Assembly (NCBI GenBank): GCA_000934665.2
Contig: KZ538814.1
Span: 1-64,000 of the forward strand
DNA from: Catajapyx aquilonaris
Lineage: Eukaryota
Reading direction: 5' to 3'
DNA: 64,000 bases
Part shown: positions 10,940 through 23,864 of the stretch, one piece after another
How positions within the stretch are numbered: position 1 is the first letter of the stretch
Layout of the letters: every line of letters begins with the position of its first letter
The notes under the pieces: generated by a model
The model's input: only the letters and a program-made list of their open reading frames with translations
Databases searched by the model: none
What the model was told of the DNA's origin: nothing
Program-made: the position numbers and the translations under genes

Positions 10940-13342
10940 ACCCTTTTGGTATTTAGGACCCCGCTTAAACACAGTCATTCATACAGTGCCAGATTTTTTA
11001 TCATATTAAACAGAAAAGCTTTGGTAGCATTTGATGTCGAAATTTCAGATCTCTGCTGTATAAACAGGCTCCCCCGCCCTCCCCCTATACAGTGTAGGTC
11101 TACAGCAGAGGTGACATAATTGCATAACCTTCGGAATCGCTAGACCTAACCCGACAACCTTTCCCTATGGGGTCATGTGAACAACATTGTCTACCAGGTT
11201 CAGGTCAGCAATGGCCTTCAGTTGTTGACACTCTGCTTAAGGGAAGCTGTGGCAAAGGTTACCCCAACATGCTACAAAACAAGTGAATTGAGATCATATA
11301 ATGCCTGTTTATTTTGTCTCTTGCTGCCTAGGGTTCCCACATAAAAAGGTTTTATGATGATATGTCGAGAAAAACACTTTTAATGACTTCTTTTGCAATG
11401 ACGTAACCTGGATATTTGAATGACAAACCAAATTCAAGATATGAATTTGTTACTTTTTTGTGGTAATCATCCGGACACGCTTCATTACTGCCATTATTAT
11501 AGATGGAATGGAAGGTATACCTTACAGTATATTCTTTCAAGTCCTAAATTGAAATAAACATCATAACCCAAGTCATAACCAATTTGGAACGGAACTATGG
11601 TCAACTATTCAACCTCATTTTAGGTTAATTAATATTTTTGCCACTCTTAAACATTAATAAAAAATTTCACTGTTTATTAATGAAATCATTAGCATCTTTG
11701 TGCTAAATACGATTACTACTACTAATACTGTAGTATACTCCTGTAATATGCCTGTTACTTCTTATGCTGTCGTTCATTGCCAAAGGCCTACTTTATAATC
11801 AGCTCCGTCCTGCATATTTGGGAATAGGAAGAAATGCTAGAGCCCCGAGAAAACGACAACGTAAGTACTGTAGTGTAGGTAAAGCGATCACAACGCCCCT
11901 CTATGCATAAGGACTCTCTGGCAGTTGTCATAAATGATGAATTGTACGGTAACTACAGGTGCATAAAATGTCAGTCTCTTCACCACAATACAGTATATCA
12001 CCTTATAACTTGTCCAAGTATATTTGAGTCTGTGACAAGGAAAGGGAGAGAGTTAAATTTTAGACTAAATTGAGTTATAGGCAGCAAAACTTTCTCCACA
12101 TGGAGGGGTGAGTGTGCACATTTCTGCAACATTCCAATAAATCCCATCCCCATCGGATACAGTAGAAACGTGCTATGAAGAAGAGCCCAAAATGCATAGG
12201 CAGTATGAAAAAGGCCCAAATCAATACTGGCCATCTCTCGGGCCATCTACTGCAGCCTGATTGTCAGGCTCTGAAATGGGTTAAATGAATGCGCATTAAC
12301 TAAAGAAGTTGTTTTTCCCCATGATGACACATTACCTACCGGGGAAAGCGGAAAGGCCACAATTGATCATATACCGTTACCTGGAGACCAGAGAGGACAC
12401 AATTATTCGAGCATAAGGAGTTGTCCTTATGTCATGACAATCCACGTCTTCATAGGAGCCTTGTTGCTCTGTCTTCGAGGTTCGAGCTTAGGTTGGGTGG
12501 GCGTTTTGAAATAATATGGTGGGCCAGGACTTCCAGAATAAATTGGTTTAACTGACTAGGCCTATCGTCATTTTTCCTCACACAACTTATTCGTCGCAAT
12601 TTTCACTATAACCTATGTTACACTCTCCTAGTACTGTAAAAAGCTGAACATTTTGTCTGTCGGAACCCCTCATTTTTCCCAAAAGGACGACATTATTCTT
12701 TGTAGCATTACATTTTTCATGCATACAGACAAACTTTTCTGGGAATATTTTGGCTTTTATGTCCATTATCAAATCATTACAGAATTGCCTGTTTAAAAAC
12801 TCAAAACGTTATTATCACCTTCAAAAATTCCAGGAAAATGAGAATTCCGCGGTCAGTCATGACAACTGCTTTAGGTTATAGAATGGTGCCTATTTTCAAA
12901 AACTCCTGTCATTGCAACATCAGATTTCTGAAGGGATTGGGCCAGAGACCAGCAATAGGAGCCAAGCAAATATTTCAGTAATTTTGTAGAACTTAAATAA
13001 AATTACTAAACTTAATAGTTAAAAGGATTATCATTAGACATAGTGTTGCGGAGTACAAAAAATTAATTTCATCTGTAACACAGCACATTGTGCAGTTTTC
13101 AGTGAAATGTTGGAAAGGAAAACGGAGACGAGTGATTTTTTGCCATTTTGACCAAACTCCTGCTGTTAAATAAATGAAAAGTTTCCTATACTGTATGTAT
13201 AGTCGTCTATTGTAAAAATGCAGGTTTAAAAAAACACAATTGTACGTGACCCCGCAAAAAGAAAAAAATGGAGGCCTTTATAAAACAATCTGGTTTTTTC
13301 CCCTGGATTCTATACCACTAGTCCCCCTCCTCATCCCATGTT

Positions 13343-14299
13343 CTATGGGGCTCAAATTGTTTTGGCCACTTTATCCTGGTTTTGAAGCAACCCTTTGCAC
13401 AGGCCCCACGTTGAGCAGGTGTGTGTGTGTGTGGTCTTGTCTTCAATAAGGTCTGGGGACGGAAACAGGTGTGTTACTGTAACTCTGGGGACGTTGACCC
13501 AATTGTGGGGACATTTTCGTTCCCCACAGCTTGACCCACGAGAATATCACCGTTACAGTGGGGACATGTCCCCACTATTTCGTTTTGCAGGGTTTCACAA
13601 GAGTCCATTTCTCTCAGTCTAGGTTAGTTAGGGTAGGGTAGGTAGGGTAGGGTAGGGTAGGGTAGGTTAGGTTAGGTTAGGTTAGTTTACACTCGCTATG
13701 AAAAGTTCAGTTTCCAGGTCTGTGTCGGTGATGTGTGATCAGACATTGCTATCCTTGTGAGGATATTTTTCGCAAGTTCCCTATCCTTGTGAGGACCGAA
13801 AACCTTACGAGGACTTTTTTCAGGCCCTCATAATGTACACAGTCCTCACAAGGATGGCGGAAAATCAAACCAAGACCTCCTTTTTACTGTGAAAAAATAG
13901 GTTTTTATTTTTGCCAGACCCTCACAAGGATAGCACTTTATAACATGTGTGTGTGTGTGTGTGTGTTCATGTCTTCAATAAGGTGTGGGGACGGAGGTCT
14001 GTGTTTCTACTGAAGCTGTGGGGACTAGTCCGCATTGTGGGGACATTTCTCGGTCCCCACAGTGTTTCACACACACTGTACTATTAGAGTGGGGACATGT
14101 ATAAATTAGTGGGGACATGTCCCCACTATTTTCAGTTGTAGGGTTTCACAAAAGTCAATTTTTCTCAGTCTAGGTTAGTTAGTTAGTGTAGGTTAGGTTA
14201 GGGTAGGTTAGGTTAGGTTAGGTTAGGTTAGTTTAGGTTAGTTTACACTCGCTTCGAAAAGTTGAATTTTCACGTCCCCACGCCTTAGTGAAGAGAAGG

Positions 14300-14340
<41 letters not shown>

Positions 14341-14391
14341 GGGTTGCTTCGAGACCAGGATAAAGTGGCCAAAACAATTTGAGCCCCTTAG
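13343..14391. mobile_element. MITE (CTATGGGGCTCAAATTGTTTTGGCC TIR) carrying a ~900-bp nested insertion
   Basis: ~50-bp TIR pair; an uninterrupted copy lies at 20189-20328. Confidence 0.85.
13434..14300. mobile_element. Two tandem (TG)n-flanked elements with internal (TTAGG)/(TAGGG) arrays (CryptonV-like by inference)
   Basis: Units 13434-13945 and 13966-14300 share their first ~270 bp and GTGGGGAC/GTCCCCAC palindromic motifs. They are bounded by (TG)n at 13419, 13946 and 14301. Confidence 0.6.
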
Positions 14392-14827
14392 TTCCTATTC
14401 ACCACATCCGAACACAACAACAAAAAAGGTGTAGCCTACGAGTGGTTCCCAAACTTTTGGAAGTGATTCTTCCTCTCACTGTAACACTCATCAACCTTTT
14501 TGCGACGTAGTTTTTATAATTGACATATTGGTGCTTACCACTTCCTAAGAGAAAAAGCAAACGGCCTGAAAGTCGTGATTTTTTAAAAAAGTCGTCACAT
14601 GCTGGGCTCACCTTCTCACCCATCTAGCTCCTATGCGAAGGACTAACACGCTACTAATAATATTTTAACCACTATTTTATATTACAGACCACACTACGTG
14701 TGTACTATCACAGTTAAATCAAAAAAATTTAATGTCAAAATTAAAAATTAAAAACCTTATGGCGCGTACATCCGGAGGCTACAGTCATTAGTCAGTCAGG
14801 AATCGCCTGTGTACGTATATATACTGA

Positions 14828-14994
14828 TACATTGAAAACTGTGGGTTTATGAAATTTTGGAAAGGCAAATAAAGTTAAATTATGTAAAAGTTAAAGAAAG
14901 TAAATAATTCCAGTAAATTAATGTGCATTTTATTCACTCTTCACCAGCTTTATTTGCCTATCAGAAATTTCATGCACGCCGAGTTTGCAGTGTA
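14828..14994. mobile_element. Old degenerate MITE
   Basis: TACATTGAAAACT..ATGAAATTT..AGGCAAATAAAG pairs with CTTTATTTGCCT..AAATTTCAT..AGTTTGCAGTGTA. Confidence 0.5.
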
Positions 14995-15666
14995 GAGTGA
15001 GTATACTTACAGAGAAGGCGTGAGAAAGTATATTTAATATGCATGCAACAGTGAAGGGGCATGCTGGGACTTGGGAGGAGTCAAGTAAATATTATTGTAT
15101 CAAGATGATAAGGGTTCCGTTACAGGGTGGGTTTGTCCGATTGATTTCGTGTTAATGTTGGTGTTGTGGGCTTACACATGGATGCATGTATTATTGATAT
15201 GCGAGAAAAATATAGGAGTGATGGATGGAGGCATGGAGCTACTGTTGTTATATACTGACAAGTGAGATTGTTGCTCGCTTCCTTAGACAAGACACCACTT
15301 CAATGGCACCAGCAAGAGCGAGAATCGTGAAATTTTCTACTGTCTCTATAGTTAATAATATGCCAGGGTGTCCTTAAGGTTTATCACTTTGGTGTTTCAA
15401 ACATTGGGTGGTTAGTAACGCCAGAAATTGATTTAGGTAGGCCTACTCTGAAACCAAAATGCTCCAGTTTTGGGAATTCAGGTTTAATTAAGGCGTGAGT
15501 TTCGACTCTGTTACAATGTATGGAATATTCTACAGGCCCTCAAACATGAATGCATGAGTGGTGTGATGCCTTCGGTATATTATCCCCTACACATGCAATA
15601 ATATTGCATTACGTTGTACATTACGGCATTGCTTTGCATTACGTTGTACATCTACAACGTAATTAA

Positions 15667-16055
15667 GGGTGGGATAAAGATCCCGGCGCTTATGGAGGTT
15701 GACATGTTAAATGTCGGGGCAAATAACTCCGTAATTACTGAACAGAATGACATGAAATTTTTTACACAACTCGACACAACAACCCTTGTCACTGCTATGT
15801 TGAGCGATTTTGCTCATTTGGTCCTTATTCTTCGCAGGACATTATTTCCTCACATGCCTTCAAATTCCTCTCAGTTTCGTGGTTTTCATAATTAACTGAA
15901 TCCCTAAAACAGGTTTCGCTCAACATAGCCGTGACAAGGGTTGTTGTGTCGTGTTGTGTAAAAAATTTCATGTCATTCTGTTCAGTAATTACGGAGTTAT
16001 TAGCCCCGACATTTAACATGTCAACCTCCATAACGCCGGGATCTTTATCCCACCC
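15667..16055. mobile_element. TTAA-flanked MITE with ~140-bp TIRs (Kolobok-like)
   Basis: TTAA-GGGTGGGATAAAGATCCCGGCG...CGCCGGGATCTTTATCCCACCC-TTAA. The two similar ORFs on opposite strands are the two arms. Confidence 0.85.
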
Positions 16056-17081
16056 TTAAAGCCCCAATTCCTATATTGATAATACATTATTTTGTTATTA
16101 CCACGAAGAATAGGCGATTGGATCTCCCTATACCTGAAGCGAATGGTGAAGTTATTGAGCCCTATATAACTTCAGAAATATTTGTGATAAGAGAGTGACT
16201 CTTATTAACGTGCGTCTGTGTAAATTATAATATCTTTACACATAAATATATGAAATGTTTATTTTTCTTGTGCATGGAACCTTTTTTATAAGCATCTTAG
16301 AGAAAATTACTGAGGACTTTATGGGAAGAGGCCGCAAGGTTTTTCCAAGTGATTTTTCAAGTGTCAAATCGAATATTTGTGAGATATTATCATTATTATT
16401 TCTTGTTTCAATATCAATAATATTAGTTACTGTTACTGCATGTCACGAAAAATATAAACAAGGTGTGTGTGCATTTTTCTCCTTAATGAACCCTTAAAAT
16501 CTCATGGGAAAACTTTCCGCCCTCGTCATGATTACATCTGTTTGGAAAATCTAGTCATGTATAAGTTATATTTAGAATACATGTTTATTGAGCTCAATAT
16601 TTAGATTATATAGGTATGCCATAAATGTTTCTGGCAAAAACTGCTATACCTGGTGTTTGTTCAGAATTTTGTAGTAAAGTAGGCCATGGTCTCTTCCTTC
16701 CTATATGCATGTGCATCAGCTTCTTGATTGGCTTGGCCAACTTTAAAAAAATACATGCCATAGATATTAAAGGCAGCCTTTAATATCTATGATGCATGCA
16801 ATGGTGTAATTTTTATTTGAAAATCACTACTTCTGGTTTCCTTCGCGTGAATCAGCACACTGTCAGCACATCTACGTGTTGGCATACATTGCCCATTTAG
16901 CGTGACAAATATTCATTTCATCCTGGAATATGGCTTTAATATTGTACCTTTTGCATGGGGTTATTGGATATTATTTATGTTATGAGTATCACCTTCATGC
17001 TGATGATAATGAATTGGAGTGTACTAACATAGTTGCATGATATTTAGCAGAAGTATTGTTATGAGAGTCCCTATATGTATA

Positions 17082-17506
17082 CAGGGTGTATCTGAACTCA
17101 GTGCCCCGACGTATATGACTGACTTCCGAGCCACCAGAGGATCAACTTATGTAGAGGAGTCATTATGTCTGGGCAGCCTCATTACTGAGATACACTCTTT
17201 AGAGATTTTGGCCTAATCGCTCCTTCTGACTTTTAAATGTAATTTTCTCGTGTAACTAGCCAAAGAGGCCTTACCACCTGTGGGCAACAAACCAACAAAG
17301 TCCGGCCCCCAGACCTTCCAGAGCCTTCTGACTGGGGGAGGGTTCGAAGGGTGGCCTAACCGACAGGATATTTTGTACTACATGTTTGCGGGCATTTATC
17401 TCAGTAATGCGGCGGCCAGACATAATGACTCCTATACTTAAACAGATCCTCTGGTGGCTAGGAAGGCAGTCATATACGCCGGGGCACTGAGTTCAGATAC
17501 ACCCTG
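17082..17506. mobile_element. Tc1/mariner MITE with ~110-bp TIRs
   Basis: TA-CAGGGTGTATCTGAACTCAGTGCCCCG ... CGGGGCACTGAGTTCAGATACACCCTG-TA. Confidence 0.9.
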
Positions 17507-18005
17507 TATAGTTGTGCGGTTGTTTCACGGCGAGATGAAACATTCTGACGATTTTTTTTGGCTTATGGAAAAAAAATCAAATACGTTAGTAAATGAAATA
17601 TTAGAATTCCTTCTCACACTGTTGTATGCTATCAGATGCTTACCTAACTATAAATATAGCTTAAATCATTTAATCTTTAATCTGAATATTAGTTCAGGTC
17701 TGTCCCTTGCAAGCAGGACTGGAAGATTTGGATTGCTTAGGCCTTAGGCAATGTGGCTATAGCTGCACAATTCACTCCCACATGCAAACACTCATTCCAT
17801 AACCGACACATTCACGGAAGTCAAACCATGGGAAAGGTACTCTATGGAATCCGGGCATCTATATAAAAGGGTTTTTTTAAAGAACATGGAGGCTATATAG
17901 GTTACCCCCTTCACACGTTTAAAACTTATACTGTATACCAAAACACCCATTGTATAGCTGAGAAGAGTTGGACAGTATTTGTTGCGTACCAGTTTGTGAA
18001 CTTGC

Positions 18006-18455
18006 TTGCCAGCTTCACATAATTTTTTGGCGGATCGTGTAATGAACATCTTGTATACGGAAAAGCTAATGGCGCTGGCGTCACAGTTCATATCACACAC
18101 TGCTCAAACCATGATTGAAGTTATCCACACAAAGAGCCGAGATACTGGTGCATCCACCGTATATAAGGGCAACTTATTTGCGCCTAATTTTCAAATACGT
18201 ACTATAGGTCGCATGTGAAGGACATTGAAAGGCAATTTTAAAATAAAAGGTAAGTTGTGCATCATGTCCGTTCAGCGATCTTCCATGACAGTGCTGCGAC
18301 ATCCACAGGACATTCGTTTTACCAAGCACATCAACCAACTGCCGCATCTTATTTTTAGCAAAATGGAAAAGTTTCCGGGAAGATGTATCATTGCATTGTG
18401 AAGAGAAAAAGTCACCTCAAAAAAGGACCCAGATACCAGTTGTCTGGCATCAGTA
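18006..18455 (+). pseudogene. Possible highly decayed piggyBac transposase fragment
   Basis: Frameshifted GRC.HCIVKRKSHLKK-TRYQ (18377-18445) resembles the piggyBac C-terminal cysteine-rich domain. Upstream NFLADRVMNILYTEK..KSRDTGASTVYKGN weakly resembles the catalytic region. Confidence 0.3.
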
Positions 18456-18602
18456 TATGACATGTTTTAATAAAAATAAAATTTGCAAATCACTTGAGAA
18501 GACAGTATAATACGACAAATTTTCTGACAGATTAGGTTATATTTTGTAATATTTTTCAGGAAGAAAATCTCAATGCAGGAATACCATACAAAATTATCAT
18601 AA

Positions 18603-18835
18603 TACGAGGGTTGGAATAACGTAGGCTAATTCTTGGCACATGTTTTTTTATTCGAAAAGCTGCATGTTTAGAGTGACGAACCTTATAGCTTTTCGTAGCT
18701 CTGCTAGACTTCTATCTGACTAATAAAAAGCTGGTGCAAATGTAGCAACAAAAATGTCAGGAAAGAAAAGTGGAACACCAACCCACTTGCACTAAACAAT
18801 GTGGAACACGAGAATAACCATAAAATATTTTTCAA
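18603..18835 (+). mobile_element. Decayed mariner 5' end
   Basis: TACGAGGG terminus, then a frameshifted EH-RITIKYF motif like mariner N-termini. Confidence 0.35.
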
Positions 18836-19049
18836 TTCTCATTATAGAGTCCCCCAATTTGGTCACCAAGGTCCTGCAGGACCTAAGTTCACCAATGGGA
18901 TGCCTTTGAATGACACTCGCTTGTGACAGTGGTTGATTTATCAGCCATTGCTATACCTGCAATCGACGATTTACTACAATTAATCCAGAGCTTGGATAAG
19001 GGATTCAATTTGGCCAAATATTAGCAGTTACTGTAATACTTGTCTTATA

Positions 19050-19995
19050 CAGGGTTGGGCAAAATGTATGGCATGATTTGAATCACGTGGTACGGTGTTG
19101 CTGTTTGCCCATGCGCGGGATATGGGCATATGCTGGATCGTGGAAGGTGTGCCATTTGCAAAAATAGCATCGGGCTCAGAAGACCATCGCATTCGTCGTG
19201 ATGGAGATTTATTTTAAAAATAATGAGTCCCCCACAGCTGTACAAAGGATTTTTCGTTGTCATTTTGGGCTGGGACGTCAGGACAAAGCCCCTGACCACT
19301 GGACAATCTATGATAAGGTGGATGAAGCAGTTCCAGAACATTTAGACGCAGCATCGTGTCTGGACCACAAAATCACTGGACGTCCAAGGACACAGCGGAC
19401 CCTACAATGAAATGTGCTACTCCGAAGTCCCCGGCGATCGACCTTTCCAAGAAAGTTCTTCGGACCACTTTGTCCTGTACGTTCAATTGTTGCATGACCT
19501 GCAACATGTAAGAATGAAAGTGTAGGTCATCATGGATGCTGCGGCACAGGGAGAGAGCCGACATTCCTAATGCCAAGGATTACCTAATGGACAATCGCCG
19601 TGGATTTCGGAGTAGCACATTCCGTACCCCTTGAGAGGTCTGATGTGTCCTTAGATGTCCAGTGATTTTCTGGTCCAGACACGATGCTGTGTCCAAGTGT
19701 CCCGGAACTGCTTCACCCACCTTATGATTATCCAGTGGTCAGGAACTTTGTCCTGACATCCCAGCCCAAAATGGCGACGAAAATTCCTTTGTATACAGCA
19801 CTATACAGCCGTGGGGGGCTCATTATTTTGAAAATATATCTCCACGACGAAGGCACCATGGTCTGCTGACCCGGATGCAATTTTTGCAAATGGCACACCT
19901 TCCACGATCCAGCATATGCCCATATCCCATGCATGGGCAAACAGCAACACCGTACCACGTGATTCAAATCATGCCATACATTTTGCTCAACCCTG
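19050..19995. mobile_element. Tc1/mariner foldback element built from two inverted transposon left ends
   Basis: TA-CAGGGTTGGGCAAAATGTATGGCATG ... CATGCCATACATTTTGCTCAACCCTG-TA; arms ~390 bp. Confidence 0.9.
19180..19410 (+). pseudogene. N-terminal HTH (DUF4817-like) fragment of a mariner-like transposase; mirror copy on the minus strand at ~19640-19865
   Basis: AFVVMEIYFKNNESPTAVQRIFRCHFGLGRQDKAPDHWTI, frameshift, RWMKQF..., then HKITGRPRTQRT. This matches the YFxxxxS...QRxFRxxF...P...I..W...GRPR pattern. Confidence 0.75.
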
Positions 19996-20188
19996 TATAA
20001 TAACCACTAAAAGTAGGTACTCCAAAGTAATTGCTTAAAGCCATGTAGCTTACAGCGAATATACTACGGACATGGACCGCCCTATTTTATAAGCGTATTA
20101 TAGAGGGTGATTCTTATAGAACCGAACCATAAATTGATATCTCGTAAACGTATGGACGAAAATCAACGAAATTTTCATGACACGTACT

Positions 20189-20328
20189 ATATGGGGCTCA
20201 AATTGTTTTGGCCCCTTTATCCTGGTCTTGAAGCAACCCTTCGCACAGGCCTCACGTTGAGCACGAGTGTGTGTGAAGGGTTGCTTCAAGACCAGGATAA
20301 AGTGGCCTAAACTATTTGAGCCCCACAG
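20189..20328. mobile_element. Uninterrupted ~140-bp copy of the 13343-14391 MITE
   Basis: Same TIRs and the same core GGCCTCACGTTGAGCA-(GT)n. Confidence 0.85.
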
Positions 20329-20454
20329 TACCTACAATGATGTTGAGCAAATGACATTACAGCAAGTGCTGGAAGTGGCCGCCATGTTATGGAAAGCACA
20401 TGTCAACGCGGCTGTGCAAGTTGTCTAGAGTGAGTCTCAATGTTGCAGCATCAA

Positions 20455-20627
20455 GCGACGTTTACATGTGAGAGATTTGACAAGCGAAGCGAAGTCATCG
20501 CCGAGTGACGTAACCAATACTGTTTGAAGTGAAAGTAACAATCGATTTTCGCCTCAAACAATTGGTTACTCGGGTTACTCCGCGTTGTTATCGCTCGGCA
20601 AAGACATCGGTCACATGTAAACGCACA
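20455..20627. mobile_element. Small MITE nested in the mariner remnant
   Basis: CGTTTACATGTGA (20459) pairs with TCACATGTAAACG (ends 20623), with further internal complementarity. Confidence 0.55.
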
Positions 20628-20719
20628 TTAAATGTTGGCATTTAATTAGTAATGTTTTTCTGTAAGGCTTGAATCATAACGTAGCTTGTTCCTGTACACG
20701 CTGTTGGGCTCGTGATATC

Positions 20720-20982
20720 AGAGATTTTTTGGAAATGATATAATTATGGTCTTCAAACAAACCTTGTTGTCGACATTGACTCATGTTACCTGTGACATGT
20801 CGTGCCATATTGCTGGAACTAACCCTGTGCCAATTCCACATCATCAAGCCGTCTCGGAAGGAAATGGGGACTATGATCCTCACTCCAGATGATGTGGAGC
20901 ACCAAACTCCAAATTTCTTCTGGACAGGTGGTGATACGTGTGACCCTCAAGGATTGTTGGTGTCCCAAATCGTGAGGTTTTG
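20720..20982 (-). pseudogene. Catalytic-domain remnant of a mariner-like transposase
   Basis: Frameshifted motifs QNLTIWDTNNP, KFGVWC, RIIVPISF, LDDVELAQG*FQQYGTTCH and IISK, compared with the family motifs QNxRxW..NP, VWC, IIGP and FQQDGATxH. Confidence 0.7.
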
Positions 20983-22285
20983 AGTTTCCAGCACTTGCTG
21001 TGATGTCATTTTCTCAGCGACGTTGAAGGTACATGTCATAAAAATTTGATAGATTTTCGTCCGCTTATTTACGAGATATAAGGAAATTTTAGGGTTCGGT
21101 TCTAATAAGAATCACCCATCGTAAAAAATTGGCATTCAAGAACTTCTCCATCGGTGGATCAAATAATGTCATGCACAACCTTGGTGACCTCTAATTTTGG
21201 CAGGAGAGAATATTGGAAATGACCAAGAAGCGATGAAATATACGATGAAATATCGTAGGCTTGACAGCGAGAGTGCTCGGCATTGGCTCACAAAATCTGG
21301 TATACCATGACTCACAAAATGATTCAATGGACATGATGAGTTTGTGTAAAATGATAGCCAGAAATAAGCTCCGTCACGTGGCTGATTTGATGTTTGTGAA
21401 AATCTTTTATTTAACGGTTTAAAACAGTACTTAGCCTTGGAATGATGTAATATAGCTTGTTTTTGTCATAATAATTGAACTTTCATTTCTCCATTTCTAT
21501 TGCCAAGAACAATCTTATAAAGGAGATAAGAACTTGCTTTTAACCACGAGCTAGATGATCACTTTAGTACAAGTTCCGTGACCTACCTATTACTTGGCCG
21601 TTAGTCTGACCCTCTAATGTGTAAGCCGTTTCCACACTTTTTTTTAGACTCGCCTATTGAAAGCCACCAAACTGATGGATGCGCAAAAATGGCGGAAAGT
21701 CCTTTTTTTTGGGACAGGACGTGATGCTTTCTATATATACAAGCATTCCCCCCCCCCCAATGTCTATAACAGCAATAACATTTTAAATAAACGAAATATA
21801 AATTCCATAGTTATCGATTAAAATTTGAGCTTAATTTTGGGCAGCACCTTGAATTCCTTCTATATGTTTCACTCTTATTGATTGAAGGGCTGAAGTGAAA
21901 ACGTGTCCAATATTCGGAATTTTGAACTACTGCATGTATAGTGGCATTGCATGTATAGTGACACCCGTTTATATACCTAGCAATGGGTATATGGTGAAAG
22001 AAGCTAATACTGTAGATCAGAAGCCTTCCGTTGCTGCGTTGTACATTATTACCGAGGTTGACTATTGCGCTTTCAGGAGATTAACCCTTCTGAATTACCT
22101 GTGGCCAAGATTATTTAATGGCAAGAAAATTTGGCAGCCTATTCCACCTTCCCGGAATCTCCCCTCCCGGCAGACTTGTCATCTCTACTACAGGTGTTAT
22201 GCAAACATTTTCCTTCATTTTCACCCACCAAATACTATTTGGTGGGTGAAAATGACAATGGCAAATGTCCACCACATACAGTACC

Positions 22286-22678
22286 CTGCATTAATGGCTA
22301 TGCACAGACATCGCCACCTGGCGGGATTGAGCGGAACTAGGCGGCGGTGGGCTGTGTCCAAAAATACTTTGATATCAAGACTGCTCACGAGACCGCTGTA
22401 TAGACGGCAAGATATCGCGGTGGATTAACAGGCATTCGCGTGGTCCGTGTAATAACTGGTTCACAACCTCAATTCATTGATAGGAATCGCAATGGCCTTA
22501 TAATAATTCATCTCACAGATATATCTGTGATCCGCAGGCTGTGGTCCATCTTTGTAGCAATCGTTTGAATTCACCGCGATATCTTGAGCTGTCCAAGTAT
22601 TTTGGACGCAGCCCACAGACGCCTAATTCCGCTCGTTCTTGGACAGGTGGCGATGTCTGTGCATAGCCATTAATGCAG
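22286..22678. mobile_element. Palindromic MITE, superfamily unclear
   Basis: Perfect 35-bp terminal IR CTGCATTAATGGCTATGCACAGACATCGCCACCTG, with imperfect complementarity over ~100 bp more. Confidence 0.8.
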
Positions 22679-23864
22679 TGCATTCAGGCTATATATCATC
22701 TAATCTACAATTTATTTTTGATGCAACAAGCTTGATGCATTATTGCTGCACAAATTATATACATTAACGAGAGTGTGTGCTCAAAATAGTATGCAAGTCA
22801 TGGCAGGAATTTTTTTGCTCCTCCTGAAAAATTCGAATGTTGCAATTTTCTCACAATCTCGAGATTCATTAAAATAGGCCTACGAAAGTGTCTCAAATGT
22901 AATCCTTTGGTGACTATAGTATATGCAGCACTATAAACATGTCATTCGAGGCAAGAATTAGTATCTGCATACTGTATATTAGCGGAGGTGCTAACCTGCC
23001 TCATAATCATTATTTTATATAATCTAAAAACCCAAAGTTTGTATGGTTAGATAATTCTAACCCAATTCCAAACTAGAGAGCTGAAAATTGGCTGTGCTAC
23101 ACCATATTGTATTTGGGTATTAGGTAGAGGACAACATGAAGAATCATGGCTGATTTTGCTTGGGAGCTCCTCTTATAAGTTATGAAAATTATGAGCTGGG
23201 GACACTGTGGAGTGAAGGTACAGTACACGATATTCCTTCCAGATTAAGGACATTCGGCAAAAGACATGTTAATACCATAAGGAACATAGTGGTTTTGTTT
23301 CTAAATTTCCAACAAACAATCCCAGGCGTCCATCACAGGGGGAACCAGAGCTTAAAAAGTTACGGAAAGTGTTTCAGGAGGGTCTAAAATGAAACATTCG
23401 TAAGTATTGGGTTGCTGTGCTAATAAAAATAAGGTTCGTGGATTGAAGGCTAAGAAGGAGACACCCAGGAAAAAATACAAAATTGCAAGAGCTAAAAGAA
23501 TCAGCGACCAAATGTCTTGTCATAAAAATAATACTGTATATTATAAAGCAGCTGTGGTGTTGATGTTGGTGTAAAAAACATGGCATACAGTCAACCCCAA
23601 TGGCTGATGAAGAAAGCGAAGGATGAAACATTCCTAAGTTTTCCACTTTTATTCATATACAGCGTGAATATGTTACGAATCCCCTTGATCACCTCAGATG
23701 CAAAATAATTGCGCATAATTTCCAGGAAGGACACTTGGCGATGCTCGGGTACACCCATACTGTGCACACACTCTTCAAGAACTGACAGAGTAATCACAAT
23801 TGTCCCAAAATACGGGACAAGTGAATGAATATCCAATTGTGAGTCAATAATCGTTTCTATACTA

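Larger units (their letters stand above)
9870..11085 (+). mobile_element. Decayed, internally deleted pogo/Fot1-like DNA transposon
   Basis: Left end GGGGAGGGTGGGGCAAGATG, internal GTGTCCCATCTTGCCCC repeats, right end CCCCCGCCCTCCCCC-TA. Confidence 0.55.
20103..21121 (-). mobile_element. Internally deleted mariner-like element with ~130-bp TIRs and two nested MITEs
   Basis: GAGGGTGATTCTTATAGAACCGAACC pairs with GGTTCGGTTCTAATAAGAATCACCC. The arm continues past the nested MITE (ACAGCAAGTGCTGGAA / TTCCAGCACTTGCTGT). Confidence 0.8.

Noticed and set aside
13620..14241. True telomere or chromosome-fusion site
   Set aside because: The arrays are short, degenerate, unidirectional and internal to a repeated mobile unit.
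15614..16031. Two ORFs sharing MEVDMLNVGANNSVITEQNDMKFF
   Set aside because: These are translations of the two TIRs of one MITE, not paralogous genes.
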